A stretch of DNA of 29,272 bases. Origin: Cladosporium halotolerans (taxonomy: Eukaryota). Position numbers and translations under genes: made by a program. The DNA lies in assembly GCF_011745625.1 (NCBI RefSeq), contig NW_027191484.1, positions 248,001 through 277,272 on the forward strand, in the 5' to 3' direction. The notes beneath the pieces are model-generated. The model searched no databases and was not told the origin of the DNA. It worked only from the letters and a program-made list of their open reading frames with translations. Below, piece after piece: positions 10,723 to 21,479 of this stretch. The first letter of the stretch is position 1, and every line of letters starts with the position of its first letter.

Positions 10723-11738
10723 TTAGTGCTTGTGCGCGCTGTGCCTGCGCATGTGCTGGCTCAGATCCCTCTTCATCATCGCGAGACTCTCAGCGTAGTC
10801 GGACGTGCCATGGTTCGGATCCGCATCGCGCGCAGTGCAGTCCGATCCCTCGCCATGCTGACCCGCCGGACCCTCGACGGCGCGGAACTCACGCTTGTCT
10901 GTGCAAAGCAGCATATCCTCCGCCGCCTCAGGCAACCAGCCGTTGATGAAGTCGCCGTGCGAGCAGTACGACGAACCGCAAGCAAGCTGGAGCGGCGGCT
11001 CGCCAGACCATCCAGTGGGCAGGACTCCGCGCAGATCGTAACGGATCGAGAACCGCAGCTGCGGCATGCGCTTCATGCCCGCCGGGCAGCGGTTGGCAGG
11101 CTTGAAGCCGTCCTTCCAGTTCTGCACGCCGGAGTAGGCGCTCTCGAGCGTCTCCTCGTTGACGCAGTCGTGGAAGAGCAGCAGCGTCTGCAGCATCGTC
11201 GAGCAGGTGCTGGACGGGAAGGCCGCGAGGTCTTTGTCTTCGGCGGGGTCGCCTTCGCAGAACCATTGGATGCCCGCGAGGTCTTCGACGTCGGCTTGCG
11301 AGGTCGCCTTCGCATTGCCCACGACCACTTTGTAGTCTTGCGGGATGGCGACTTCGGCGTGCTCGATGCCGATGTAGTATGCGCTGAAGCGGCCCGGGAA
11401 GATCGGGGTGTGCGTGGAGCCTTCGACGTGGTAAAGGGTTGGGACCCCTGGGCATGGATCGTCAGTCTTTGATCTGCATGTCAAGTACTGTGCGAGGACT
11501 TACAGTAGATGGAGAAATCGTTAGGGTTCTCCGCCGTCGAGCAGCCGGCCTGCAGCTCCTTGGACGAGTTTGTGTTGAGGGTCACGGCATCCGAGCCGAA
11601 GAACGAGTGCATGTGGCTGTTGTAGGTGCCGGGCAAGACCACCGGGTCGATATTTTTGAACATGAAATGCTTGTTGACGACAACAGTGTAGGCCGAAGCC
11701 ACGCTGCTGGCAGCGAGCAGCAAAGTCGGGCGAATCAT
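10723..11738 (-). CDS. Secreted DUF1996-domain protein; exons 11738-11504 and 11447-10723
   Basis: Signal peptide; IDPVVLPG..HMHSFFGS; NDFSIYWVPTLY (spanning the 11503-11448 intron, GTAAGT...CTGAC...CAG); HGDFINGW. Confidence 0.9.
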
Positions 11739-12271
11739 CTTGTCGATGTTGAGAGATTGAAGGCAACGGTGGTGATCGACAAAACAATACAGAAGCCCTG
11801 AAAGCGATCAATATATAGGGAGGTAAATCGATGCTTGTGTCGCCAAGCGCGAGGCTATGTAGATAAACCCTTGTGATACTTCGGTTGAGTGTAGCAGGTC
11901 CGGCCCTGCTTCGCTACGTCTTATAGCTTTCTATGTAAAGTCACAAATACATTGTAGCCGCAGCTAAACTGGCCGGAGGCCGAGGCAAGGCCAGTCTCCC
12001 GCCTTTAGTATCGAACGGTGACAGCGGCAGTGGGCGTTTAGCTGTTTCAAGTAGCTTAGCGATGGGGATGCTTGAACTTGCACGGGCCAAATTGTGCCGC
12101 ACGGTTCGCCATGGCCATTCAGGGATCAGATATACACTACTGGGTTCAGCAGCAAATGTTTCTCATGGACCCCTTTCTGTAGGATAGATGATAGACGATA
12201 AGGTCATGCTTCGACATTCTAGCAATGCGATTTGTTGATCGAAGCGCATGACTCGATATCGGCTTCATCAC

Positions 12272-13879
12272 TCAGATGACGTACTGCGAGAAAGTCAGGA
12301 CATGCTTGCAATGGCAGTGTCGTCTATTCACTTACGGGAATGAAGAGGTAAGGAACCTCTTTCTCATAGCGCTCCCACGCCTTGCCATACTTTCTGCGGC
12401 ACCTAGCGACATCTCTCTGAGTGCGGTGGATGATCATGACCATGAAGAAAACAAAATAGAACCAAGGAAACGGGCTCCTACAGACAGCTGGTTAGCGATG
12501 ATCTTAAAGACTTGTCGAGGAACCGCGTTGTCTTACTTGAAGCCCGTGATCAATCCCCAGGCCATGGAGAAGAACATGTCTGGCACGTAGTTCGGCTTTC
12601 GGACGATTGCAAACCAGCCGTCGACCATAATCTTGTCGCCGGCGTCGGTCTCGATGAACTTGGGGTTCTTCACAGCCTGCCATGGCACCTGCGGGAAGGT
12701 GTTTCGCTTGATGATCTGGTCTTTCTCTCCAAGTCGGACGGCGTTCTTCTGTCCGTTGGCGCTGTCCCACATCCAGTAGAAGAAAAGATACGCAAGCGCG
12801 AATACTGCCAGGGCATAGCGGTTCCAGCGATATTCGGAGGGATCATGGTTGGCCAAGTAGAGCGCGCAGTGGCAGTAGGTGAAAGGCACGCCGGCCAGGT
12901 TCCAGAAGGTAAGCAAGAAACCCAGCTTCTCGAAGTACATGTCCCTTGATTGCACATTAGCCTCGATCTCACGGAAATCCATGAAGCACAGAATACGATA
13001 TTTGACAAATTTCAGCGCCGTGAAGACTTACCAGCTAGTAATGATCAGATGCTCGCCTTTCGCACAAGCGTTCGCGTAAAGATAGTGGGCTCCGGCAAGG
13101 AAGATCACCTCCGCAGAGACATAGCCATACTTCTCGTACTGGCGAGCCGCCACAGAAGATGTAATAAGGAATAGGATAAACCATGGGATTCGCACTTCGT
13201 AGAACATTTTGAAGTCCAGAATTCCAATGCGAGGGTTCAGTTCGGCTCCGACGAAAAAGTCGTAGATTGTGGATCCTGTCATGCGGAGGGTGCGACCGCG
13301 TACGATGGCCTGGATGTAGACTATGAAGCTGTTGATGAATCCGGAAAGGATGGCGACGCTCATGATGGAGCCGAACTCGTCAATGAGAGTGTACAACGGG
13401 AAGATCTTCGTGAAGTGAAGAACAGCCGCGACAGCGATAGTGGTGTAGAAACTGCTGTAGGCGGAACAGTAGTAAGGCAGTCGCTTGCCTCCCTCATGGT
13501 TGAGTCGGCGGCCGTAACTGAGAACGCCTGGCATGTAGCAATACATGAGGGCCTCGAAGACGAAAAACACCCAATAGATGGCCCATGCCTTAGCGGTTGG
13601 GTAAGCTCCTTCGTAGAGCAAGTTACCAAGGTGTCGCACGAAGTCGGTCCATGACTGATCTTGATGAGGCAGAGGGAGTTGGCCGTCATAGTATGTCGCG
13701 CCGATCCACATATACCACATCAGAAGAGGGAATCCAATCATGAGGGAAGAGGCGCCAAACACGCCGCCAAATTCGAACTCATCAGTGGCTCCATCTTTGT
13801 AGTCGGTGGCTGCTAGTCCGTTGGATCCTTTCTCAGATGTTGCGATTTCCGCTCGAGGCTTTCTTTGCGAGACACCCAT
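12272..13879 (-). CDS. ERG4: Delta24(24(1))-sterol reductase; exons 13879-13032, 12944-12537, 12477-12336, 12283-12272
   Basis: ERG4 motifs [86 protein letters not shown]. Three frame-consistent introns. Confidence 0.95.
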
Positions 13880-14875
13880 GTTTCAGCTGTACTGGAAGTG
13901 GTGCTGTCGCAATCGGACAGGGCCTGAGTCGATGCAAGGTGGACGACCACGCCGTGGCGGCCATAGTCACGTACATGTACTTACCTATACGAGGCCAATT
14001 TTACACGATCGGCTGTTAGCCTTCATTAATCCACTGATGGGGCTGAAGCACTAATTCTAGACTACCAGTCCTGTGGAATACTTCCTGCGGATCCTCGTTT
14101 TTCTCGGGATAGATGGCAATTGGGCATGCAGGGGAAGGTGGAGGCTGATGTCAGCCTTCGAAGCGAGCCGGGGATCATCTTTTCCACCCGTCGATGCGTC
14201 CGGTACTTCCCAGTAGTTGGAGTGGGACGTCTGTAGACGAAATTAAACGATGACCGTGCTGTGCTTTGTCACCAGGAGTGTGCGAGGCGGCATCGTACGA
14301 GGTGCCTCGGCTTTGCTGGCATCCGGCTTGGCTGCCTTTCTGTTTCTCGTCCTCGACATCTGCCGGCTTTCAGGGAATTCCATTCCGCCCGCATTGCGAA
14401 ATGTGCACACCTTATGCATGTGTCAATGCGTCTGAGCAAGAGAGCAAAAGAATTGTGAAACGTCTGGAGCTTGCGCCATTCATCCTCCCTGAACAATGAG
14501 CCAGGCAGCTCTGAAAGAGGCGGTTTGCCGCTCAGGCTCGCTTCATCTACGCAGAAACACACCAGTTCTGGCAGGTCTCGATAGCGAGGTGAAACGGTAA
14601 ACGCTGAGGGTCACCTATGGTATGATGGCCTCTTTGTATCACCAACATGTCAGTGAATGGCAATTGCTGCTATGCATTTGCTTAGGGTGAGTCAACTGCT
14701 TTCCGTCGACAAAGCCGTCTGGGATCGAAGACTTTCACCTATATCGAAGTGAATGGATCACGGAGAAACCCTGCGGCCTGTGGGCAAACGTGTTACTCAA
14801 CGTGACATTTAGAATCTGCAGAGTCCGTGGGGTGGAGGTCACCAACGAGCAAGCACTCATATTCAGGCCAACGCA

Positions 14876-15382
14876 ATGCAACAGTCCAAGATGGAAGAGG
14901 ACTACGATTACGATTGGGACTGGAATCCAAACAACCTCCCAACCACTAGCGTGTCGGAGCACTTCGTATTCGCTGTCAAACCACCCATCCAAGTAATACG
15001 CGAAGGAGTCGACAGCATCGATACCCTGGCCGCAAAAACGCATTCCGACAAGGCCTTGCGCGCCATCGCTGCTGGTATCGAGCGCGCCGTCGAGGTCGCC
15101 CGCAAAGACATCCATGAGTGCTTGGAGTTTCGCCCAGAGGTTGGAGCAGACAAATTCCTCACCACTAATGTCTCAGGGCTCGTCACGGCCGGCATCGCGT
15201 GGATTCTCTTCCATTACGACTACGGAAAAGACAAGATGAAGCTAGAGATCGAGCCCGAGCTTGAAAGGCTGATGGAGATTGCGAAGGAGTACTCCGATCG
15301 TGCTGCGAGGAGCGATGGAATCGTCCAAACTGGGAGAGCTACTCCCTACGACGGAGAACTAGAAAACGGCCAGCCATTCTGA
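14876..15382 (+). CDS. Hypothetical 168-aa protein (may start at 14891)
   Basis: Uninterrupted ORF with protein-like, helical composition. The second ATG has a good context (CAAGATGG). No family recognised. Confidence 0.55.
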   Translation: MQQSKMEEDYDYDWDWNPNNLPTTSVSEHFVFAVKPPIQVIREGVDSIDTLAAKTHSDKALRAIAAGIERAVEVARKDIHECLEFRPEVGADKFLTTNVSGLVTAGIAWILFHYDYGKDKMKLEIEPELERLMEIAKEYSDRAARSDGIVQTGRATPYDGELENGQPF

Positions 15383-16440
15383 GATGGAGGATTGCCGGGG
15401 TTCAACTAAGGCGGGGTTTGAGCAACATTGTTAGAAGCAACTCATGCTTCTGTTTGGATCTCTAGGGCTGGGATTGTTGGCGAAATGAGAATCACAGGAC
15501 GGCTTGAGATCTTTTTTCGGTGAATGTGTGGGATCTTGCTTCGGAGATACATGGCAGTGTGAAGACCGTGTGCCAGGGTTGCTCACTTGGTTCACTTGTG
15601 GAAGCTGTGCATATGCGCTGCATCGTCGATGGTCCTGCACAACAGGGATGCTTTGCAGTCTGATATCCGAGGTCCTAATCGGATATACGAAGACGCTCAC
15701 AGCAGTCACGATCTTATTACCCAAGGTTCATGCTCTAGAATCATCAAGGAATATGGGATGTCCCCATTCTAGGCCCTGCAAGAAAGTTACCCTAACCCTA
15801 ATAACCCCGTTGGTATCTTGTTGCGAAGCTTCTATCGCGCCGCCATATGTGCTTCTGCACGGTAGTCATAGATCGTTTTGGAGTCTGCGACTTCTGTGAA
15901 CATTCAAAAGCTTTGCCTTTCTCATGTTGACGAATTTGGCTCTGTTCGTAGGGAATGATCTTCTCAAGACGCTGAACCAAACTGCCCAGAGGATCAAACA
16001 CATCGACGCTGCTTTCAGACTCAAGAAACGGTAGCAAGCGGAGACCTCAGCGTCCAATCACGTGAGATATATAGTTGTCTACACGCTTCTGGACTCCGGT
16101 TAATGGGTTTCAAGTACTCGTGAACTACAGAAGCACCTGCGGAGACGTGCAAGAGGCTGCCGCATCAGGACGGGCTATGATTCCGCACGTGCGTTTGGAA
16201 CGCCTGATTGATCAAACGTTTTACGGTAAACAACTTGCAAGCAAGAGTGACATTGAATAGATATCGGTATCGAACTATAAGCTAAGAGTCATGATGTTGA
16301 GGATTCGAGAGCAAGCTGCCGTCAGGTTGGCTGGAGATTGTTTGGGATCAAGCCACGCATCAGTCTTCATCCAGCTACTCTCCGATTCTGTTCGCAATCC
16401 ACATATTTCGGTCCGCCTAGTCCGACAAGCTTATTTCGTC

Positions 16441-16446
16441 GGCTAA
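16441..16446 (+). promoter_or_regulatory. Candidate XlnR/Xyr1 site (GGCTAA) in the cip1 promoter, with CreA-type SYGGRG sites at 16331 and 16496
   Basis: Consensus matches 300-470 nt upstream of a cellulose-induced gene. The motifs are short and could occur by chance. Confidence 0.3.
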
Positions 16447-16795
16447 GGTGAAAAGCTTGCCCGGCCTTATTGTGGGCGCCGTGGATCGATCCGGCGCGGA
16501 GGGAGTGCCATTCATCCCGATGCGGAATGCGGCGCCAGAATGCCGACACGACCGAGCAGATCCATCACGGCGACGGTTATATTGCAATATGAGCCCACTG
16601 TTCGTACCATGAGCTTTCGCGTGGCAAAGGCGCTTGTTCTACGTCCCGATCATCATGTCTGCAAGCAAGAGGAGTGGTATAAGAATGGTTCTTCAGGAGC
16701 ATGGGTTGCGATTTGAGAAACGCAAGAAACCCTCATCGAATACTCGAGCTCGATACATTCGATCCATAGCATCTTCGATTTGCTTCCACACAATC

Positions 16796-17896
16796 ATGCT
16801 CCGTCGACTCTGCCTCGCGGCCTTGTCCGTACTCCCCTTCTCCCTCGCCCAGATCACAGCCGACTTTGAGAGCGGATGGGACCAAACAACATGGGCAACC
16901 TACGCTCCCGACTGTAATCAAGGCGGCGTAGTGTCCCTTGACACTTCCAAGGCACACAGTGGAAGCAACTCCATGAAGGTCGCCGGTGCCGGCGGCTACT
17001 GCGGGCACCTGTTCTTTGGGACGACAAAAGTCCCAAGCGGCGATGTCTACGTTAGAGCTTGGATGTGAGTACCTGGCCTGGATTCGTGCGACACAGCACA
17101 CCACGAAAGCTGACCATATTCGCCGGAAAGTCAATCCGCCAAAGCCCTGACCTCTGAGCACGTCACGTTCATCGTCATGCCGGATGCGGCACAAGGAGCG
17201 AAGAAGCATCTCCGCTTTGGCGGCATGTCCGAGATCATGATGTACAATCGGGAGGACAATGATGCCACTCTCCCCGATCTCTCTCCGCAAGGCATCGCCA
17301 CCTCCGCTAACCTTCCCGCTGGTTCCTGGCAGTGTCTTGAGTACCACATCGGCACCGACGGAACCCTCGAGACCTGGCTGAACGGCGCGTCCATCGCTGG
17401 CCTGAACGTGGGCCCTGGTATCTCGAATCCGAATGCCAACGGCTGGACCAGAAGCAGCTACGTGCCAAAGATCTCTGGCGTTTACTTCGGCTGGGAATCC
17501 TACGGCGGATCTGCCAACACCTTCTGGTACGATGACATTGCCATTGCCTCGAGCCGCGTTGGGTGCTCTGGCTCTGGCGGCGGATCTTCGTCTTCTCGGT
17601 CGACTACCACTTCCAAGAGCACAACGCTTGTGACCAGCACAATCGGTACCTCCACCTCGATTCGCACCACCACTGCCACCACCACCACCAGCACGAAACC
17701 AACGACTATTGCATCGCCAACACCCACCGGCTGTGTTTCCCCGAAATGGGGACAGTAAGTCAAACCAGCAAGCGCTTGTGAAGTACCTCGCTAACTCTTC
17801 GCCAGGTGTGGCGGTCAAGGGTGGTCTGGATGCACTGCCTGCGCTTCCGGATCGACCTGCAAGGTCTCTAACGAGTGGTACTCGCAGTGCCTGTAA
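16796..17896 (+). CDS. cip1: Cellulose-induced protein Cip1 with S/T linker and C-terminal CBM1; exons 16796-17064, 17131-17754, 17806-17896
   Basis: Signal peptide, then [44 protein letters not shown], closely resembling T. reesei Cip1 as I recall it. CBM1 reads [25 protein letters not shown]. Confidence 0.93.
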
Positions 17897-18584
17897 CAGG
17901 GGGCCGAGGTTGGAACCGTGGCGATTTCCGGGTCGCAGGCCAAGGTGTCATTGTGAGCCGTAGTTTCCGCTCCCCAATGCAATTCCAAGATTCCTTACAT
18001 TTCTTGATCAAATCCTGCTCCATGCATGGTCAAGGCTCGATGCCGCAAATATACCAGCAGTTAAGTGTGTTAAGGATAAGGCCATCCGTGACGAGACTAG
18101 TCAGCAATCAGCCGTGGGACTCCACGTCTGTACGCCAGCCTGGCCTGGACAAATCTCGACAGAGAAGGAGTCTGGCATGTCTATGTAAAGTCCCAATCCA
18201 AAATAAAGGTCTGTCAAAATGAGCCGAGGATCGCATCCCTGATCACGGTTGCAAAGGCCGTACATATTCTGCAACTGAGGGGTGAGGATTTGAGCGCAAA
18301 ACCGCCTGACCATCATTCCATTACCGATGCGAAATCACCACTGACATCACTTTGTTGCCCATAGGAAGGTTGAATTATCGCTCCAAATAGGGGAGGAAAA
18401 CCCGCAACCGCCGGATCCACTGTACATGGAACTTCATTTCGAACAACCGCGCCTCCTGAACTAAGCCTCCTTCAACCATGAAGTGGCTTTGTCCAGTATA
18501 AGAAATCACCACCAGCCGTCTCCGCCAGAGCTGCAAATCGCAAATGCTGACCATAGTATTCAAAACCATAATTCATCAATGGGA

Positions 18585-19484
18585 TCAAGGTCTCCTCGAC
18601 TCCCGTCGTGTTTCGGAGCTCTCGTCACTTCTTCGTCGTGGCATATCACGTGGCATCTCACTTGGCGCTCGTGATGCTGCTCGGGAGGGCGCTTTGGAAG
18701 GCGCTTTGGAAGGTGCTCTTGAGGGAGCCTTAGAAGGCGCACGCGAAGGTGCTTTGCCTGACAATCTCGACCTGGCCTTTGACGCAACATCATCTTGTTC
18801 TGACGGCGGAGGTTCTAGCCTTGGTGCTCGCGAAGGAGCTTCGGAAGGTTCCCTCTGCCTGTCCGGCAGATAAGTCAACGTTCGCATGTCGCTCACAGTC
18901 TCAGCGTCGCGTATGTCATCCCACTCGCGCTGCCGCTCCCTCCGCTCGATCTCCCTCTGCTCCTCTCTGCGGCGCTCACGCTTTCTCCGTTCGAATTCGC
19001 GCTGCCGTAACCGACGTTGCTCTTTCTCCTTGTCTGCACTCTTCTTCGTAGTCCACAACTGGAACGCACCAGCCATGACGGTGACTATGCCCACTAGGAA
19101 CGAGGCTTTGCCCAGCCCGTCGAATTTCCCATCTTTGTCTCTGTCATCTCTCGTGCTGGGCTTGCGCGTGCGCGTGCCGCGAGAAGAGGGAGGATACGAC
19201 CGCCGTCGCGAGTAGTAAGAGTCGTCGGAGTAAGCAGATGGTGAGGTGTTGCGATATCGCTTCTTGCGGCCTGGAGGCTCAGAATAGCCGTCGTCGTATC
19301 TGTCGTCATATCGCTCCGTATACCGATCGTCATGTCTGCTGCTTCGGTCGTCGTACCGGTCGTCATATCGGTCGTCGTATCTGTCGTCGTATCGTTCGGT
19401 ATATCTGTCATCGTATCGGTCGTCGTAAGAAGAGCGGTTGTCGCGGTCAGTACGGCGTGAGACGGCGCTCTGGGCGCGCGACAT
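18585..19484 (-). CDS. 299-aa low-complexity protein: YDDR repeats, one hydrophobic helix, R/E coiled coil, SRAP/SKAP repeats
   Basis: The ATG at 19484 has a GCCGCCATG context inside the 380-aa ORF. The repeats vary at synonymous positions, which indicates coding constraint. Confidence 0.75.
   Translation of the reverse strand: MSRAQSAVSRRTDRDNRSSYDDRYDDRYTERYDDRYDDRYDDRYDDRSSRHDDRYTERYDDRYDDGYSEPPGRKKRYRNTSPSAYSDDSYYSRRRSYPPSSRGTRTRKPSTRDDRDKDGKFDGLGKASFLVGIVTVMAGAFQLWTTKKSADKEKEQRRLRQREFERRKRERRREEQREIERRERQREWDDIRDAETVSDMRTLTYLPDRQREPSEAPSRAPRLEPPPSEQDDVASKARSRLSGKAPSRAPSKAPSRAPSKAPSKAPSRAASRAPSEMPRDMPRRRSDESSETRRESRRP
18660..18756 (-). repeat. Coding 12-nt tandem repeat (S-K/R-A-P, about 8 units)
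   Basis: KAPSRAPSKAPSRAPSKAPSKAPSRAASRAPS. Confidence 0.85.
19290..19427 (-). repeat. Coding 12-nt tandem repeat (YDDR/YTER, about 11 units)
   Basis: YDDRYDDRYTERYDDRYDDRYDDRYDDRSSRHDDRYTERYDDRYDD. Confidence 0.9.
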
Positions 19485-20390
19485 GGCGGCGCGAGTGCGG
19501 CAGCAAGAGGTCTCGGGGCAGGGCGGAGTGGAGCGACGAACGGGGCCACACGAGGGAGAGTGGACGGCGCATGTTGCAGGCCTTATACAGTAGCGGTGTG
19601 GCTCACGGAGCCCAGCGCAGCATACAGCTGCGCCCGTCTGCAGGCAGCACCTGCCCGCCGCACGCGGCTTCTCCACACTGGCGTCACGATGCCGAGGCCG
19701 ATGTTGACCAGCTGCCTGCGCTGCCATTTGTCTGTCAGCTCTTGCAACTCATCTGACGCTGCATCGTGACCACCGGTGTTTCGAGATAGCTAGACTCATT
19801 CGAATCTTCGGCCTTCAGACCCTTCCATTCGTGGTCTGAAGACTTGTTAAGGTTCTGCGTCCAAGTCAGCCTCCCGCCTCAAGCGTTCTCATTGCCTCGC
19901 GAGTACCTGCATCATCGGTTGCCTTCGCCAGGTACCACGCATTCGTCAGGCACCCTCCACTAAGAAGCGAGTCCAATTCGAAGTGACTGCTATACATCTT
20001 GAGCCGCGACATACCAGCCCTGTCGCTAGTTGGTAAGTGGCAAAGTGCTTGGGGACGCAGTTACGTCCTTAACCCTCTTCACGAGCGTGGCAAATACCCT
20101 CTACTTCGACAACTTCGATCAAAGGCTCACACCATCAATCCATTCCAATCGAGACTAGTGTGCGATGAATAGACTCAGAAGGCTAGAGTAGTCGCTCGAG
20201 ATCGCAGACCTTCGACAACGAAGCCCATAAACGTTCGGTTGACGATTAATCGTCACGCGTCTCGATGATATCACAGCCACGCCTCTTTTATTCCCTTCGA
20301 TATGCTCAGCGTCCTTAAACTTCCGACCACTCAATCCTGACTTCTTGCAGCCAAGCACCTCGGAGTCGGACCTCGTCCTTTCCCAAGCCC

Positions 20391-21479
20391 ATGCTCGCTC
20401 GTCTTACAGAGCTGAGTAGAACGATCGTCTCCTCACCACAAGCCCGCATCATGAGCACCTCGACGAAGCTTCCAGCTTCGTGGCATCAAGGCCCTGAAGA
20501 CTCGTTCCACGGCAAAATCACTGCGGATGGGCCGTTCACTCCGGACAAGGGCCGTTACCATCTCTACATCGGCCTCTTCTGCCCGTTCGCACATCGACCA
20601 AACTTGGTTCTCCACCTCAAGCAATTGGACAAACATGCCGGCATCGACGTCAGTGTTGTCAGACCGTACCCTAAGGGCACCGAAGGCTGGCGGTTCAACG
20701 TTGCGGGCGAGCCACCTTATGAGGACGCCACGGAAGAGCCCTTTTTCGGCGCTCGCTTCATTCATGAGCTTTACTTCAAAGCAGACCCCGACTACAAAGG
20801 AAAATACTCTGTTCCCGTCTTGTGGGATAAGAAGCTCAACACCATCGTCAACAACGAATCTCACGAACTTCTGAGGGACCTCCAAACGTCGTTCAACGAC
20901 ATCATACCCTCAGACCTGGCTAGCTTGACCCTATATCCTGAGAAGCACCGCGAGAAGATTGATCGCATCGAAAAATGGATGCAGTCCGATCTGAACACTG
21001 GAGTATACAAGGCCGGCTTTGCTCCTGATCAAGAGGTCTACGAGAAGAACCTCCCGCTTTCATTCGCCGCACTCAACAAGCTCGAGAAGCTCGCCGTTTC
21101 TACCGGCGGCCCATACCTCCTCGGCAAAGAGATGACGGAGCTTGACATTCGCGCATACGCTACGCTAATTCGCTTCGACACCGTGTACGTCCAGCATTTC
21201 AAATGCAATCTCGGCACAATTCGGCACGACTATCCAGTGCTCAACAACTGGCTGAAGAACTTGTACCATAATCATGCGGAATTCAGAGAGACAACCAATT
21301 TCCGGCACATCAAGGAAAACTACACGAAGAGTCACCTGGACATCAATCCGAAGATGATCACGCCAGTGGGCCCATGGCCGAATGTCGAGCAAGGCTACGA
21401 GGAGGATTGGTCGAGGCTCAAAGTTGGCGAAGTGGGCATGCCCGAAGTGCTGGAGCACGAGAAGAAGCTGGAAGTATGA
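20391..21479 (+). CDS. Glutathionyl-hydroquinone reductase (ECM4/GTO/YqjG-type Cys-GST)
   Basis: Motifs RYHLY..CPFAHR, YSVPVLWDKK..IVNNES, NTGVYKAGFA, TLIRFD.VY..HFKCN, HIKENYTKSH..INP..ITPVGP. Confidence 0.93.
   Translation: MLARLTELSRTIVSSPQARIMSTSTKLPASWHQGPEDSFHGKITADGPFTPDKGRYHLYIGLFCPFAHRPNLVLHLKQLDKHAGIDVSVVRPYPKGTEGWRFNVAGEPPYEDATEEPFFGARFIHELYFKADPDYKGKYSVPVLWDKKLNTIVNNESHELLRDLQTSFNDIIPSDLASLTLYPEKHREKIDRIEKWMQSDLNTGVYKAGFAPDQEVYEKNLPLSFAALNKLEKLAVSTGGPYLLGKEMTELDIRAYATLIRFDTVYVQHFKCNLGTIRHDYPVLNNWLKNLYHNHAEFRETTNFRHIKENYTKSHLDINPKMITPVGPWPNVEQGYEEDWSRLKVGEVGMPEVLEHEKKLEV

Noticed and set aside
14269..14600. Minus-strand 97-aa ORF with a protein-like stretch (FREDEWRKLQTFHNSF)
   Set aside because: No ATG start, splice structure or family recognised.
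15790..15807. CCCTAACCCTAATAACCC telomere-like motif
   Set aside because: Only two perfect units, which is compatible with chance.
19290..19427. Regular repeat array considered as CRISPR-like or a precursor-peptide (RiPP/KEP) array
   Set aside because: Eukaryotic coding 12-nt units with no spacers, no signal peptide and no KR-delimited cores.
19813..19841. 9-bp inverted repeat CTTCAGACC/GGTCTGAAG
   Set aside because: Too short to stand out from chance in 29 kb.
600..21479. The whole gene set as a metabolic or biosynthetic cluster
   Set aside because: The functions (thiamine, sterol, peptidase, cellulose, GST) are unrelated, and there is no backbone enzyme, transporter or cluster regulator.
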